DNA of 57,676 nt, counting the filler, from Sphacelaria rigidula (Eukaryota): assembly GCA_964200075.2 (NCBI GenBank). It is 5 parts of 5 records of this genome, joined end to end, with 100 filler letters (N's around TTAATTAATTAA, not from the genome) between each part and the next. Parts side by side here need not be neighbours in the genome. Positions count along the whole stretch, not along the records: positions 11,559 to 23,015 come from CAXNAA020004901.1; positions 23,116 to 34,570 come from CAXNAA020004902.1; 3 more parts are not named here. One strand, given 5' to 3'. The position numbers and the translations under genes are program-made. The stretch's first letter is position 1. The number at the start of each line of letters is the position of its first letter. Shown piece by piece: positions 13,438 through 26,050 of this stretch. The notes under the pieces were generated by a model that was not told the DNA's origin, did not search any database, and saw only the letters and a list, made by a program, of their open reading frames with translations.

Positions 13438-16013
13438 TTATATCCGGTTGCTCGCAACGACAGCCCGCACGTTACTTTCCAGCCTCCGGAACGTCCCAGC
13501 CACGATTCGACGCGTGCTTGCCCACGTCCTGCGCCAGCGAACTTCCATCTCCAACGGAGGGTGAAGGATCCCAACGCCGAAAACGTCAGTGTCCATAGAC
13601 TGAGCTGCGATCGGAGAGGAGTAAGAGGAGCAGCTCATTGACAGCGGCTGACGGCTATTTACGGTACTTGGGAGAAGGAACTCGCGATAGTGACGACCGC
13701 CTGCCGCCCGTCCGCTGCTACCCGTACCAACGCCGCCGCCGCTGCCACTTCCGCCACTCAACGACAGTAACCTCGACGAGGGCTTTCCCATGAGACCACT
13801 GGTCTCGTTACTGCTTCCACTGGGACTTATTGTATCAATCGTGCGACGACCGGTCTCTGTATCGCGTGCTGTGGCTGTTGTAGCTGTGGTTGGGATAATA
13901 AGCGGCGGAAACGAGAGCTCTGGAACAGAAGCAAGGGGCTCGGGCCTACCACCGTTGGCCGCGAGCTCGCCGGCTTGCCCATGCGCGAACACAAAGAAGC
14001 GAAATGGGTCAACGAAGCCAAGAATCGTGGGTACGGGGCGAGCTTCCCAAGCGTGCTGGGGACGGCGAACGTTTCTGTATATCGTGAAGTATGTCGCGCA
14101 AGGTAGGGAGAGCGTGAGAGAAGCGGCTAAGAGCAGAGCACCTTCCCGTGCGAGTGCCTTGGCTTGTCCCATCAGCCGATGCCTGTTTTCTCTCTGCACC
14201 GGGCCAGACGCTCCGACTCTACCGACGATGGATACCCAAGCCGCGGCGACGAAGTAGCACGGCGCGCGTATTAGGCCCTCGATCACGGCCAAAGGGGCTT
14301 CACAAAGGCAGCCGTGGAGTTGAATGCACCATATGAACGCTAGGTGGTCGTACGTTCCTTCTCCTCTTCCTCCTTCGCCGTTGCTGTTGGTGGTGTTGGT
14401 GGTGTTGGTAGCGGTAGCGGTTTTGGTGTGTCGCTCGGCCGCCACTGCTGCTGCGGCCGTTACGGGATCGCCGCCGTATGCGGACAGAGGAATTCGGCGT
14501 GCTCTGGATGTGGAGGGCTCTTGCCGTAGTCGATATTCTCGCCGTGGACGTGTTGGCTCCACGATGACGACGTTGCAGCTGTCACTATGGTTATGGCCGT
14601 CAGTTTTCCATTTCGAAGAAGAAGCAGTAGAGCCTGCGCCACCGGTAACGGTGGCGCTGCCACTATTTCTGCCGCTCTTGTTCGCTTTCGGTTGGATTGT
14701 GGCTGTTGTCGTCGCTGTTGAGTGTTCAAACGCAGAAGGGTACTGGCTACCACTGCGAGGGAGCTCATGGCCGTCTCCAGGATAACCCGCTTCGACGGAA
14801 GACGAGTCTTGTGACAAACTGCTGCTCGAGCCGTTGCCGTCGGAGCTCGGCGATAGGAGTGCGCAATGGTCCACCCATCGGTGTGTGGCCTTTTTTCTGC
14901 CCCATAGACCGACCAAAAACAACGGCGACGATGACGATGATGATGAACAGGAGGACAAACTCTGCGCGTATGTTTGCTGTTGCTGGTCCTCACCCTCTCT
15001 TTCATCATCATCGGCCTTTGCGGATTGCGAACAACGAGACTTTTCCCCTTGCCATGCGGTAAGAGTGTAGTTAACGGGGCCTGTCAAGCATGTTCCACAT
15101 TCTTCATCCGGGACGCTGGTGGTAATCTCACCGCGACCAATCGTCATTTTCTTCAAGCTGCGTGGGCTGATGTCACTGCCTAAACCAGAACATATTGTTG
15201 TTGCTTCTCCGTCGCATTCTCCTACGGCTAGGGACGCAGTAGTATCAGTAATTGTACAGGTCTTGCCCTTAAAGGCTGCGTCAAACGCGTCCCATTTACC
15301 ACCACTGCTACTGCTACTGCTACTGCTACTGCTACTGCTACTGCTACTGCCGGTAAAAACGTTGTTCTTCCCATAATCAGTAGCATTATCTCCCTCTTCT
15401 TCGTGAACGGGGCGTGATTCCTGTCCCTCCGTTGCGGTCCTGAAAGCCATCGGAACGCCGGCGGTCGCTTCTGGGCTCTCAATATGCTCGGGGCAGGTGC
15501 TGGCGACTGTAGGAGGTGCCGTGTTGCTAGCTCTGTTCCATTCCCCGCCATGGTGCACATCGTGCGACGATAATGGGTTCTCTGGAAACTCCCCTTCCGG
15601 AGCTGGTTTTATTCCACTTCCGGTGGCCGTAGCAATGTTTTCCGTGAATTTCGCTGCCCTGGTCTTCCTACGCTGTATCCGGGGCGGACTGTCAGCTCTG
15701 CAGCTAGTACTCCGGTTGACCTTACGAAATGATGCGGACACAGGCGGTATGCATTTCGTGGTATGCCGAGGGTGGTTGCAGCGTCTTTTGTATACTGTAT
15801 CAGGGGGCTACGGGGGAAAATGTCGAGATACGTCGGCCCCAAGATCGAAAAACTGAATTTTTGAGAGGGAGGGGGGGGGGGGGCGGCCTGCTGTACCCAA
15901 GTTCATTGCCGAGGCGTTGGCGGATGCGGTCAGCTGTCGTGTACGGAGATCCCTGGCATGGAGACCGCTGAGATGGCGGACACGCCGCCCTCCCCAAGCT
16001 TATCACTTACCAT
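13438..16013 (-). CDS. Hypothetical low-complexity protein (~790 aa) with an internal hydrophobic segment
   Basis: Open frame 13438-15807 containing the 767-aa ORF of the track; Ser/Thr/Gly-rich, with a hydrophobic stretch HLAFIWCIQLHGCLCEAPLAVIEGLIRAPCYFVAAAWVSIV...ALLLAASLTLSLPCATYF. Probable ATG-only first coding exon 16011-16013 (ATG|GTAAGT) spliced in frame to acceptor TTTTCCCCCGTAG| at 15807. No family recognised. Confidence 0.7.
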
Positions 16014-16744
16014 GATTATGTTTATGGGATCATGTTCCGTATCGTGTGCCTCGAGTACCTACCAGTAGTCCGGGTAAGTTTGGCGAGACGTGAGATATCA
16101 TTGTTGCCACTTTGGCTACAGGCTGTCGCTACGTGCGCTCGTGTAAAGTACATATATTATGTGTGTGAGCGTGGCCGGCATCTGAGGTCATTGGAACAGG
16201 GCGGGCAAGGAGCAGAAGCAAATATATACGAACCCCCAAAAGCCCACCAGACTTTTCTGTTTTTGTCAATGTTTATAATATTCAACAACAACAAAAAATC
16301 GTGACAACTTTCGAAAAAAATGCCCTCCGGGAGGGGGGGGGGGCGGGCGCCGTGTCCGAAAACCGTCTCCCCATAGCCCCCTGCCGGTACAGGTTTTTGC
16401 GACAACAGTCCGATATCTCTGTCCCGCTGTGTTGGGCGCAAACGAATGTCCGGATCCGTAGCAGAACCCAAGGGTCAAGGATGTGGGATCCAACTCAACC
16501 ACCCCACAGTACCTTAAAATATCAAAACGAGTAGAGGCAAAGGATCTGTCCATAGCGTCAAATTCCTCAAGCGCGAGATGACACACGAACCCTAGATCGA
16601 TCACTGCCAGTAAGTGAAAAACAACGTGTTACATCAGTCACTGTTGTATGGGTAATGAATGGGTTGGGGACGACCACGGTATACGCGGTATGTTGTCATC
16701 AGGGGTAGTGCTTACAAACAGAGGAAAACCCCTTGATATTAGCT

Positions 16745-16928
16745 ATGGCTTTACCTATGTTGAAATCAGCGGACGCTAGTTTTGCCAAAGACAGCCTCAC
16801 GACCAAAGCAAGGGTGGATGCCATGGAAGCTGTACGCCGTAGGCAAGCGGGTGCTGGACACACGCGTGTACATTTGAATACGACAGTTGTTCCGTTCAAA
16901 TCAGAAGGAAAATGGCCGAGTGCTGCAG
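16745..16928 (+). CDS. Tentative first exon of the MFS-like/CRAL-TRIO gene
   Basis: ATG 16745 MALPMLKSADASFAK...KWPSAA, donor CAG|GTAATC (phase 1). It is phase-compatible with acceptor ATTCCAG| before 18674. ATG 18637 is an alternative start. Confidence 0.35.
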
Positions 16929-18636
16929 GTAATCATGCGCGGGACATCATTCCCGCGGTACCTCATATGCAATGGCGATCGAAGTGGCTCTGGCTCTCTC
17001 TGTAATGCAGTACAGTACGTCAGTACCAGGCGTATGGCGAACGGGTGGCAGGTTTCGAGGTTGCCAGTAGTGGTTGTACAGAATGCTGCTGACTGTTGGA
17101 TACTGTCATGCTGCTAGTATTATGCTACAGTAACTAGACCTCACCCAATTACTGTTTCGATCGACTGCCGCAGAGACCTCCATTTCATCCTGCCATCAAC
17201 ACGTGTATGTACTACTTCACGCGCGCAGGATGCACATGATACCCTTTGGATACTCTCTCATCTTGCTGCTCAAACGCCGACACGAGAGGGTTTTTAGATA
17301 TATATTCCTTTTTGCTCCCCACATTGGTCCGGGTTTTTTGTGACCCGCGGTGTGACTTCTGAACTCCACATACCTGGGCGCAAAAGGAAGAGTAAACATA
17401 AATACTGTAAGCGCCGCATCGTTCGCATGGAACGTGAACAGCCTAGCGCGTGAGCTCTCCTGAGCAGAGTATCCTAACGGCCTTAAATGGACGATACCGC
17501 CGAGAGAAAGACACCCAGCGTAGACACCCGGCGTTTCGGCTAGTAGAGATAGATGGACTACTCGTACACGTGCGTGATAATAATAGTCCTAAAACAAGGA
17601 GCCCCGGTGGTCTACACCATTCAACACTACCAGGAGTGTGATAAACTTTTCACCAGAGTGAGAGTCTAGCATTCTGTTGAGAAGTACATCGTCTATTATA
17701 ATGATAGTAGACCGTTTATCACGGTTCGTATGTATTTGGGGTTGAATATTTCCCGCTTTAGGCACGTTTGACACGGTTTTTGGTGGGCGCAAAATAGAGA
17801 AATAATATGTTTGTTGTTGTTGTTGTTGTTGTGTGTTGTCGTCCCATCTATTCTGGGCACCGGTCTTCTACACCTTCCAATATGTGTGGGCGCACCAGCC
17901 GGGGTCACACAGGAGGATGGTCAACGCACGAGCTTTTTTCTCTTTTATATGTTTCTAGTATCCCACCTTCCTTCTGTGCGGTGCTTACCTTTATTTTTTA
18001 TCGCGAGAGGAGTGTAGTAGCAGTCCATTTCCCTCGTCGACTGTTGAGTCGAATTATGTGTACCCACAAAATATTTAAGTTGCTCTCCACGTTGGCCATT
18101 GTGTGAGAAAAAATCCCAGATCGCTCCGAGAATTAAACCCACAACCCAACCGTCAGAAGGTCCCGAGATCACCAACTGAGCCGCCGGGGCGACCGGAGAG
18201 ATACGAGTATACAAAGGAAGTGGGAAACTTTTAAAGGTACACACCTGCGCGATTCGTATTATCGTGAGTCGCAGCTACACGGTATTATTCTGTATTACTC
18301 TCTGTGTTCAGTACCGACTGTACTGTGATGGCCTATTTTCGCTTTTTGAATGTATGGCACTTTACCCGCGAAGGGCCTTGTAGGCACAACAACACACAAG
18401 TGCTATGCACAGACAGAAAAAAATCAATGTTATTACAACAAAAGTATCAGCACAATCTCCAGGATGGCGGAGATGATCAGCGGGTACGTTAATCGAACGT
18501 TTTATCGTAAAAATATACAATTGCGACGCAGGTAATGATCAACGTCTCCCTTGCGCCCGCCGAAGAGGCAGCGCTAGTTAGGCCAAGGCGTGCACCCGTA
18601 GGACATGCATGAAATCCTTGCAATATAAAACGGAGT

Positions 18637-21600
18637 ATGAGCCGATCTCTACCGCGGCCACCAAAAATTCCAGTGTTGCACGACCTTTGCCCGACACTCG
18701 AGTTGACTCTCTACTTCCTCGATAACCTGGGCAGTGCCCTGTACCTGCCGGTCCTGCCAGCAATTGTTCGAGAGGTTCTGCAGCTAGAGGATAATGATGC
18801 ACCACGCCAAGAAGCAAGTCCATCGCCTTTCCCTTCCTTCGTCGCAATGGCCGTTGGGCTGCTTGTCGGTACGTACTACGCCGGTCGTTCGTTGGCCATA
18901 GCCGCCGCTTCCTCCAACCGTGGCTGCAGCGCCCAAGGCAGATGCAGATCCTCAGGGCTGCACCTAGGGGGGGTGGGAGCGGCACTGTGCATGTCGGCAG
19001 CGATGTACCTCGTCAGCGGGCTCCTGGTAGCGGTACCTCACCGTAGCCTTTGGTGGTTCGCTGCGGTGCGATTTCTATCAGGAGCTTTAGCAGCGACGCT
19101 TCAAAATCTCGCCGTGTGTAACCACCTGCCGGGGCAGAAGTTAGCGGCACCGCAGCCGGATCGGCGGGACTACCTTGCCCAAATCGCCGGCCTCGTGCTC
19201 GGCTACGCCATCTCCGGATTACTCTTTACACCAGGTCACCGCTGGCCCACCCTCCGACTATGCCTTGCAGCGGTACTTCTCCACGTGCCGTCCTTTGTGC
19301 TGTTGCTTATCACCTGGCGACGCCTTCACTCGTTGTCTCTGGGAAGAGGTAGTCACCGGGGAGCGTATTGGAGCGCGCTGGCCAGCTCGTCGGACTATGC
19401 TACCTGCACTGGGCATTATAGCGAAGTAGAGGCAGATGCGACGGGGCGAGCGGTGGCTAAGGTGGCAACCGGGAGTGGGGGGGCGGATGAACCCGAGCGG
19501 AGAGCTAATCACGGCGTGAATCGGGTGGGTACCGCACGAAAGCATGTTACTGGGCCGGGGGAATCTCTGGAGACGACACGGGCCGCTGCCGGCGATGGCG
19601 ACAGACGGCCGGGGGGTGATGATCGTGCCTTGGGCGTGGCGGAGTTGGTCACAGGCCATAGCAGTGGTGGAACTGAGCTTCGTGTCCCGGAGCGATATTT
19701 GCGAGGGTGTAAGGGAGATGCCTTAGAAGCGGAGCGGCGGTGGCGGTTGACTCTTGAGTGGCGCATGGCGGAGAAAGTTGACGAGGTACTCGTAATCGAC
19801 GCGTTTCCACTGCCTATTTGTCCGCAACGGTAGGGTTCTGAGACTGTACTGTTGTAGTTCGCTCTTCTTGTCGAAAATACGCAGTTGCTCGTTTATTCAT
19901 CCTGAAGGGCCCGGGAGAAGAGGATGAGACGAGGAGGTTCTTTCACTGCGGGTCATGCTTTTGTTTTCACGGGGTGGGTGAGGTTTTGATGTGACTGGTG
20001 GAGAGTTTTTGCCTTGGCAGTTCCGGCTGTTCTGCATTATTGCGCACCTTCCAGTTGAGGTGTCAAGTGCAGTGATATCTTTCACATGCCGGTGGGATGC
20101 TGGTCTCTATTGCCTCCGCCTTTTCTCGCCCATTGGTTGACGGCTGGACCGGTTGATCGTCGCGCATTTGCTGATCCGCACGAAGCCAGCTGATCAAGGG
20201 GTGCGGGCACCCAGAGCAAAAAAACGGAAATACCTCAAAGAGGGCAGAAAAAATGTTCGAAAGCGTGCTCTTTTTTTATTATCGTTATTGTCCTACTTTC
20301 TCGGGATGAGGCCGTAGTCCCGAGGAATCAACCCATCTCGCCCCTGGTACATACCTGACATTCTGGTTCACGGATGGGGTGCGCACTTGCGCACCGTGTC
20401 GGCTATCGAATTTTCTTTGCCAAGCACATCCCCAGTCATCTCGCCTTTTGGTGCCGGATATCAGATATTCGTCAGAAGAAAAAAAAACTGGGATTCAACT
20501 CCGAAAATCCGTCCCAAGGCCGCTTCTGATGGCAAACAAATATAAAAAAATATCTGGAAAAGTGATTTTTAGGAGCTTCTACGTCGTTTTACGCCCTTGG
20601 ATAGGGCTTGGCGGCTTTTGACTCCTTGGAATGCCTTGCTGTACTCGTTGGGCGGTTCCAGCACACCATAGGTGCATTTTTCCGGTGGCCGAATTTTCTT
20701 TTAATGCCCAACCTTACATTCTTCTCGGAGACTAGTCAACTCCAGAGAAAAAAATCCTAGATTTGGCTGGATTTGACCGGTCTCCGGGAAAAATGTAAGG
20801 TTGGCCAAGAAAAAGAACTGCGGCCAACAGAGAAACGCATGGGTGTACTGGAACCGCCTCAAACGAACACAGCAAAGCATCCCAAGGTATCAAAATCCGC
20901 CTACAGGCTGGGCCGCCCAAGACGTGACCTGCAGTATTGACACGCGATTATGCTGCTTAATTTTGGGTCGTTTTCAACGAAATTTTGACGCGATGTACAA
21001 GATGTAAGTGCGAAGATCCCACCTATATCCCCCCATACATTTTTCCCCCTTCGTGAGTTATTTGCGATTGAGTACCGAAAACTGTCCTGAAATGTTTCAT
21101 CCCTAATAAGTAACGGGGGGGGAAATATAGCTAAGAAAATATGGGGTCTTCGCACCTACGTCCTGTACATCGTGTTGACATTTCATACGAAACAACCCAA
21201 CATTGGGCAATATGATCGCGTTTTTGTGTCAAAAAACGGTTCCCATGTGGAGATGGACCAGCCACGACGTGAACAGGAAACTCTGAACTGTGGTTACGCT
21301 GTTCAATTTCAAGTTGTTTTCCCTGCAATTCAAGACCCTAATTTCCCCCCCTTGGCTTTTTATCTTCTCTTCATTGAGTTGTTGACGATTTTGCACCGAA
21401 CAACAACTGTTTCGAAAAATTATTACCGATAACTCACGGGGGGAAAAAAGTGAAGGGATACCAGTGGGGGGCTTGGCATATACCTTATGTACATCGTGTC
21501 AAAATTTCATAGTGAACGACTCAAACTTGAGCAGCGTAACCGCGCTTTTCTGTTGAGAATCGGTTGATTCGCTTTTAGAGTACAACAATCTCAGGCGGAA

Positions 21601-22810
21601 CTTCGACGCCCTCTTCAAGTTTTCTTCACCCACTGCTCTCACCGGTCCGCACACTACTGCTAGACGCCTTGGCGCGTTGGAGGCCTCGTCTGCGTGCCAT
21701 CTCAGACACTCCGCGCCTACAGGACGACATACGCTGCTAAACAACCACAACTTGTGCAGCACCACCACTTTGCCGCCGCGGCACAACCGACTGTAAGCGG
21801 AAATACAATTTCAATTTCAGTCGGCCTTTCCCCCTAATTCCGCCGCATATGTCACCCTCAACTCTCTACTCTTCGCATCTGACTACCGTCTGGTACTTCG
21901 TTTGATGGGAGCTTGTCGGATCGCAGTGCTACCTGGAGTTAAAGACGCGCGTTGATTTGCAGATTACCACGATGTGTCATGGTAGGCACAACTCGCGATG
22001 CATCGCCAGTTAGAACCGGCTCAAGGAAAGCCCGCCTTTTGGGCGCCCCAGCCTGTAGCTCTCTCTCAGGGCGTAAAACGACGCGGAAACGCCAAACAGA
22101 CAGTTTTCCATATTTTTTGTCCGTTTTCCATAAGAAGCGACCTAACTATTTTCATGATGTACCAGTTAGATAAGTGGGTCACAGTGACATGTAACAAATG
22201 TATGTTGAGCGACAACGCTTGTCAGCGTAAGCTATGTGAGTTTCACGAACCCACATATGCCCTGCTTGATAATGATGCAATATGGCACATTGATGTGTCG
22301 CACGTGCCGCAAGTCTAGTCCCTAAAACCTCAGGCATGAACATACCCGTTACGTGGTTGGTCCGTTCATTATTTTTCGAATACGCCTCTAGCACTGCAAA
22401 ATAGTGTCGGGGATGCAGCCTGCTCCCAGTGCACCCCGACGTCCTCACACTGACCCACCGATCTTCTATCATCAATGATCGCTGTTGATTCCCGCCCTAC
22501 TCGATCGCAGGTTCTACAAGAACCACAGCCACACTTCGACGTTATCAAGCTACACTATCCACACTTCATTCACCGCCGTGCTCGTAACGGCTGCCCTGTG
22601 TGGGTCGAACATCCCGGGAAAATTGATTTGCCTGCAATTCGATCAAGCGGGGTATCTTCGGAGGCGCTGAGGCGGCACTACGTGTTCGTGACGGAGTACC
22701 TTTGGGGGGTGGTGGAGCCGGACTTTGACCGCGGACAGGCGGTGACTGTACTCGATGTTGAGGGTTTGGGGATGCGAGATCTTGCCGGTGAAGCCTTGGG
22801 TTTCGTGAAG
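18637..22810 (+). CDS. Half-MFS-like (~6 TM) membrane domain fused to CRAL-TRIO/Sec14 lipid-binding domain; 3'-incomplete
   Basis: Exon 18637(or 18674)-19785 has MFS N-half-like helices (YFLDNLGSALYLPVLP; GLLVGTYYAG; SLWWFAAVRFLSGAL; AGLVLGYAISGLL) followed by CRAL-TRIO-N (VPERYLRGCKGDALEAERRWRLTLEWR), donor GAG|GTACTC. Exon 22511-22810 (CGCAG|...AAG|GTACTA) encodes the Sec14 core (HYPHFIHRRARNGCPVWVEHPGKIDL...VTVLDVEGLGMRDL). Both junctions are phase 0. The contig ends before the rest. Confidence 0.88.
20296..20379 (-). mobile_element. Fragment homologous to the 3' part of the 39605-39890 element
   Basis: Reverse complement ATCCGTGAACCAGAATGTCAGGTATGTACCAGGGGCGAGATGGGTTGATTCCTCGGGACTACGGCCTCATCCCGAG aligns with 39811-39887. 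Confidence 0.6.
20610..20901. repeat. Imperfect ~290-bp fold-back in the intron of the MFS-like/CRAL-TRIO gene
   Basis: Left arm GGCGGCTTTTGACTCCTTGGAATGC...CCAACCTTACATT..CGGAGACTAGTCAACTCCAG pairs with right arm CTGGATTTGACCGGTCTCCG..AATGTAAGGTTGG...GCATCCCAAGGTATCAAAATCCGCC; ~25-nt loop. Confidence 0.75.
20960..21535. mobile_element. Palindromic MITE-like repeat, same family as 165-830; intronic
   Basis: Arms AAATTTTGACGCGATGTACA (~20980) / TGTACATCGTGTTGACATTT (~21165), a further right arm at ~21427-21535, and GTGGAGATGGACCA (~21248), the reverse complement of TGGTCCATCTCCAC at ~502. Confidence 0.7.
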
Positions 22811-22981
22811 GTACTACGAGTAGTAGAATATGTCATTTGCTTGTGTTTACTATCTCCGAACCGTAAAGCTTTGGGGTATGTTTTACAAGTCCGAAGCAGT
22901 GTTGTTTTGGAGTTTTTGGTTAATACTTCGCTTCGTATTTCCTCGGTACCCCACAAAACCCACCACCCCCCCCCCCCCACC

Positions 22982-23015
<34 letters not shown>

Positions 23016-23115
23016 NNNNNNNNNNNNNNNNNNNNNNNNNNNNNNNNNNNNNNNNNNNNTTAATTAATTAANNNNNNNNNNNNNNNNNNNNNNNNNNNNN
23101 NNNNNNNNNNNNNNN
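23016..23115. other. Artificial contig linker
   Basis: Same 100-bp spacer; the preceding contig ends in a poly-C run. Confidence 0.97.
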
Positions 23116-23388
23116 CTGTGGGATGGAAAATGAATGGGGCACCTGGAAAAATCGTGAAGAAGCACATTGAGTTTTTTTTTTTTTCCGTGAGTTGAGGGCA
23201 ATAATCAGTTTTCAGGTTTCAGCAAAACGCCCTTATCTCACGAAAAAAAAAAACCCTCAATGTGCTTCTTCACGATTTTTTATTATGCCCCATGCATTAT
23301 CCATACCAAATTTCAGGGTCTAACTCGAAATATTGGCCGGCGCATCCGCCTGCAAACTTTCATGCAGCCTCCAGGCTGGCCCAGCTCG

Positions 23389-26050
23389 TATGTTCGACCA
23401 TCTAATTGCCAGAGAATGAAATTTGTCGCGTTGAATCAAATGATGTAATCCACTAGTCGTTTTCTGCCTAACGAAGGGCGTTTTGTTTTTTTCAAGTACC
23501 CAGGAGCTGCTGTGATTTGGTGCCGAACACATGAGGCATACCTTTCGATATATGTACAAGGAGTTGAGCCACGAACCAAATCTTGAACGGGATCGTTCAA
23601 TCGTTCGACCGCGAGGGTAGGTAGGCCATCTAGCTATGACAACATGTTTGCCAGATTCAGAACGGATTTTGCTTTCGGAACGGGAGGTTTTTCGTTATTT
23701 ACAATAACAAGGCGGTCTAATCGCCCGGAACGGCCGTCACCCCTCTGAAGGCCCGTGATCTGAAGGGAGTTGAGCGCAATCAGATCTAAAATCGCGGTGG
23801 TGCCTTACGTGAGATACGGCTGGAATGTGCATTTCCCCCCCCCCCCCTATTTTGGATACATTTTTCCTCATAACTCTGTACTGACCATGTCTGTTTCAAA
23901 TATTATCGCACCACAAGTCCCGTCAGATAACGGGCTTCCAGCGGGGTGACGGCCGTTTCGGACGATCCGACCGCGTTGGTGTCAATCACGGAAAACCTTC
24001 CGTTCCGGAAAAAAACCAAACTAATATCACAACCATGTTGTTCTATGTTTTCATTTTCCATGTTAATTTGATGCTGATCAAACATATGACCTATCTATGC
24101 TCGTGGTCAAAGGTTTGATATTGGAAACAGGTGGAGCACTGTAGATCGTTCTACTGTTCTTACTCGTGACGGCGTTTGGCGTGATTTTTCCTCTGAAGAT
24201 TGAGCGAATGCTTTGCGGAATTTCTACTTGGTGGTGTTTGCTTCCGTCTCACATGTTTCCGACCGTTTGTTTGGATGGTGGGTGTTATTGCGAGATGTGC
24301 ACCGTCTTTGGCACCGTCTTTGGCACTGAAGAAACTCTGGTGATACAAGAAGAACCACAACTGTACTATATTGGCATGTAACTGATGTGCGGTAATAATG
24401 GGTCACGAAATTGTCGCGCGAAAATTAAAGCGAAATTTTCTCAGAGGTATCAACATAATTTCTCCAAAAAATCCGTACGTAGTACTAATACAATTTGCTA
24501 GGCGATTCAGCGCCATTTTCCGCCAGCGTACAAAAGTAGCACGACTAGTTGGAGGCTTTGCCGATTGTCACATTTCGAGAAGTCTTTCAGTGCTTTTCCG
24601 AGAGGGTTCCAGCGCCCTTTCCGACCTTTTCGTACGTCCACTTTGACTTTTAGCCGATGATTTTAGCCTTTTTTGGTCACTTGCGAAACCGTTTTCGTGG
24701 ACTGGGCGACAAATTATTCATCCGGCCAAATGTCGAACCGGGCGCACGAAAGTTCGAAAAAGTGGGCCATAATCCTCCCCGAGAGTACAGTGGCAATTCT
24801 TCATGAGGTGGCATAATCCACCGAACCACGTATACCAGCAGAAATCGGCACTGAATCATCAAACAGGATTTTTTGGAGAGATTGTTCGTTGGACACGAGC
24901 GAGCGGCTTCATACGATTCACCCATCCCTCGCTTCCATGCCAAGCAACGACCCCGTGAAGTGAACAAGATGATATTGCCTGCACGTGTATGTCGGTCCGA
25001 GCTAGAATCAATATAATCTTCTTGACCTCCCTGTGAAACGGCGAGGCAGTCGGAAAGGCCACGGTGCCATTGACCGGTAGCTATGCACTGGAACTATCCA
25101 TCAAAATAGAGCGTTTCGGGGGAAACAAGTTCTGAGCATATTCGTAGTGTAGAATGGAAGCGTTAAAACTTCACTTCATATTGGAAGATGATATGACGTG
25201 GCTTGACGTGGATTTTTTCGGTCGCAGTGATCAGCCGCAGGTTCTACCTACTCATGAATACTTCGAAAACAGACGTATGGACCAATGCGCATCGGTACAG
25301 GGAAGTTACGATATCGCACCTACTGCATTGTTGAATTTACTACGGTCACCACACAGTGCTGCTACTGAGAGGAGTCAAGTTACATTCCAGTGCGGTGCAG
25401 TAGAGTACAGTGCAATGCAAGCTCGAAAGTAGACTGCCGCGGCACAAATGGATCAAAGTGGGGTATGTACTGTAGTAGACAGTAGCTACAGAGGAGCATA
25501 TGACTGTACAAGTAGTACGGTGCACAAGTGCATTGCAGTGGTGATTACAGTACGTCCAACTGAATAAGAGGGCAAGCCGCAAGTACCCGACGTCGCATCA
25601 TGGTGTCACCCTAAATCACGGCAGGCTTCGCTGGATTCATCAGCAGTACAGCACTACCTTTGTGTAATTTCCTGACGTTTTTTTATTTTTATTTTGAGGA
25701 GTTAAGCAGACCATGACTCTGAAACAGATAAATGCCCTCTACTTAAATCAAGTTGCGCACGTCAATGCACATGTTACCCCGCGGGCGCGGAGCCCTGCTG
25801 GCAGGTAACTTTTGCAACTAGATGGGGTTCATTTTTTTCGCTGGCAGGTTGTCTTATTTCGCTTGCACGGGCAGTTTTACGCCCGCTGTGCGATCGCCAA
25901 CCCACAGGCATCCTCTTTTTAGGATCCCATTTTTCCTTCAGAATATCGATTCATCTGCAAATCACAGGTTCAGCACCGAACATTCCACGTTATCCTTTGC
26001 CTTGGGAAACGCTCCATTGAGCGGGGGCGCGAAGCGCCGAAAACCTTGTA
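23389..26050 (+). repeat. Large repeat block, copy 1 (~2.7 kb)
   Basis: Colinear with 27735-31299 from TATGTTCGA..CATC.AATTGCCAGA to GGCGCGAAGCGC...AAACCTTGTA, with many substitutions and indels. Confidence 0.88.

Noticed and set aside
13790..15856. Several plus-strand ORFs of 100-155 aa
   Set aside because: They are antisense shadows of the 767-aa minus-strand ORF.
21540..21790. Protein-like stretch in the CRAL-TRIO gene intron, possible retroelement relic
   Set aside because: No RT or endonuclease motif and no second copy in the window, so it cannot be supported without a search.
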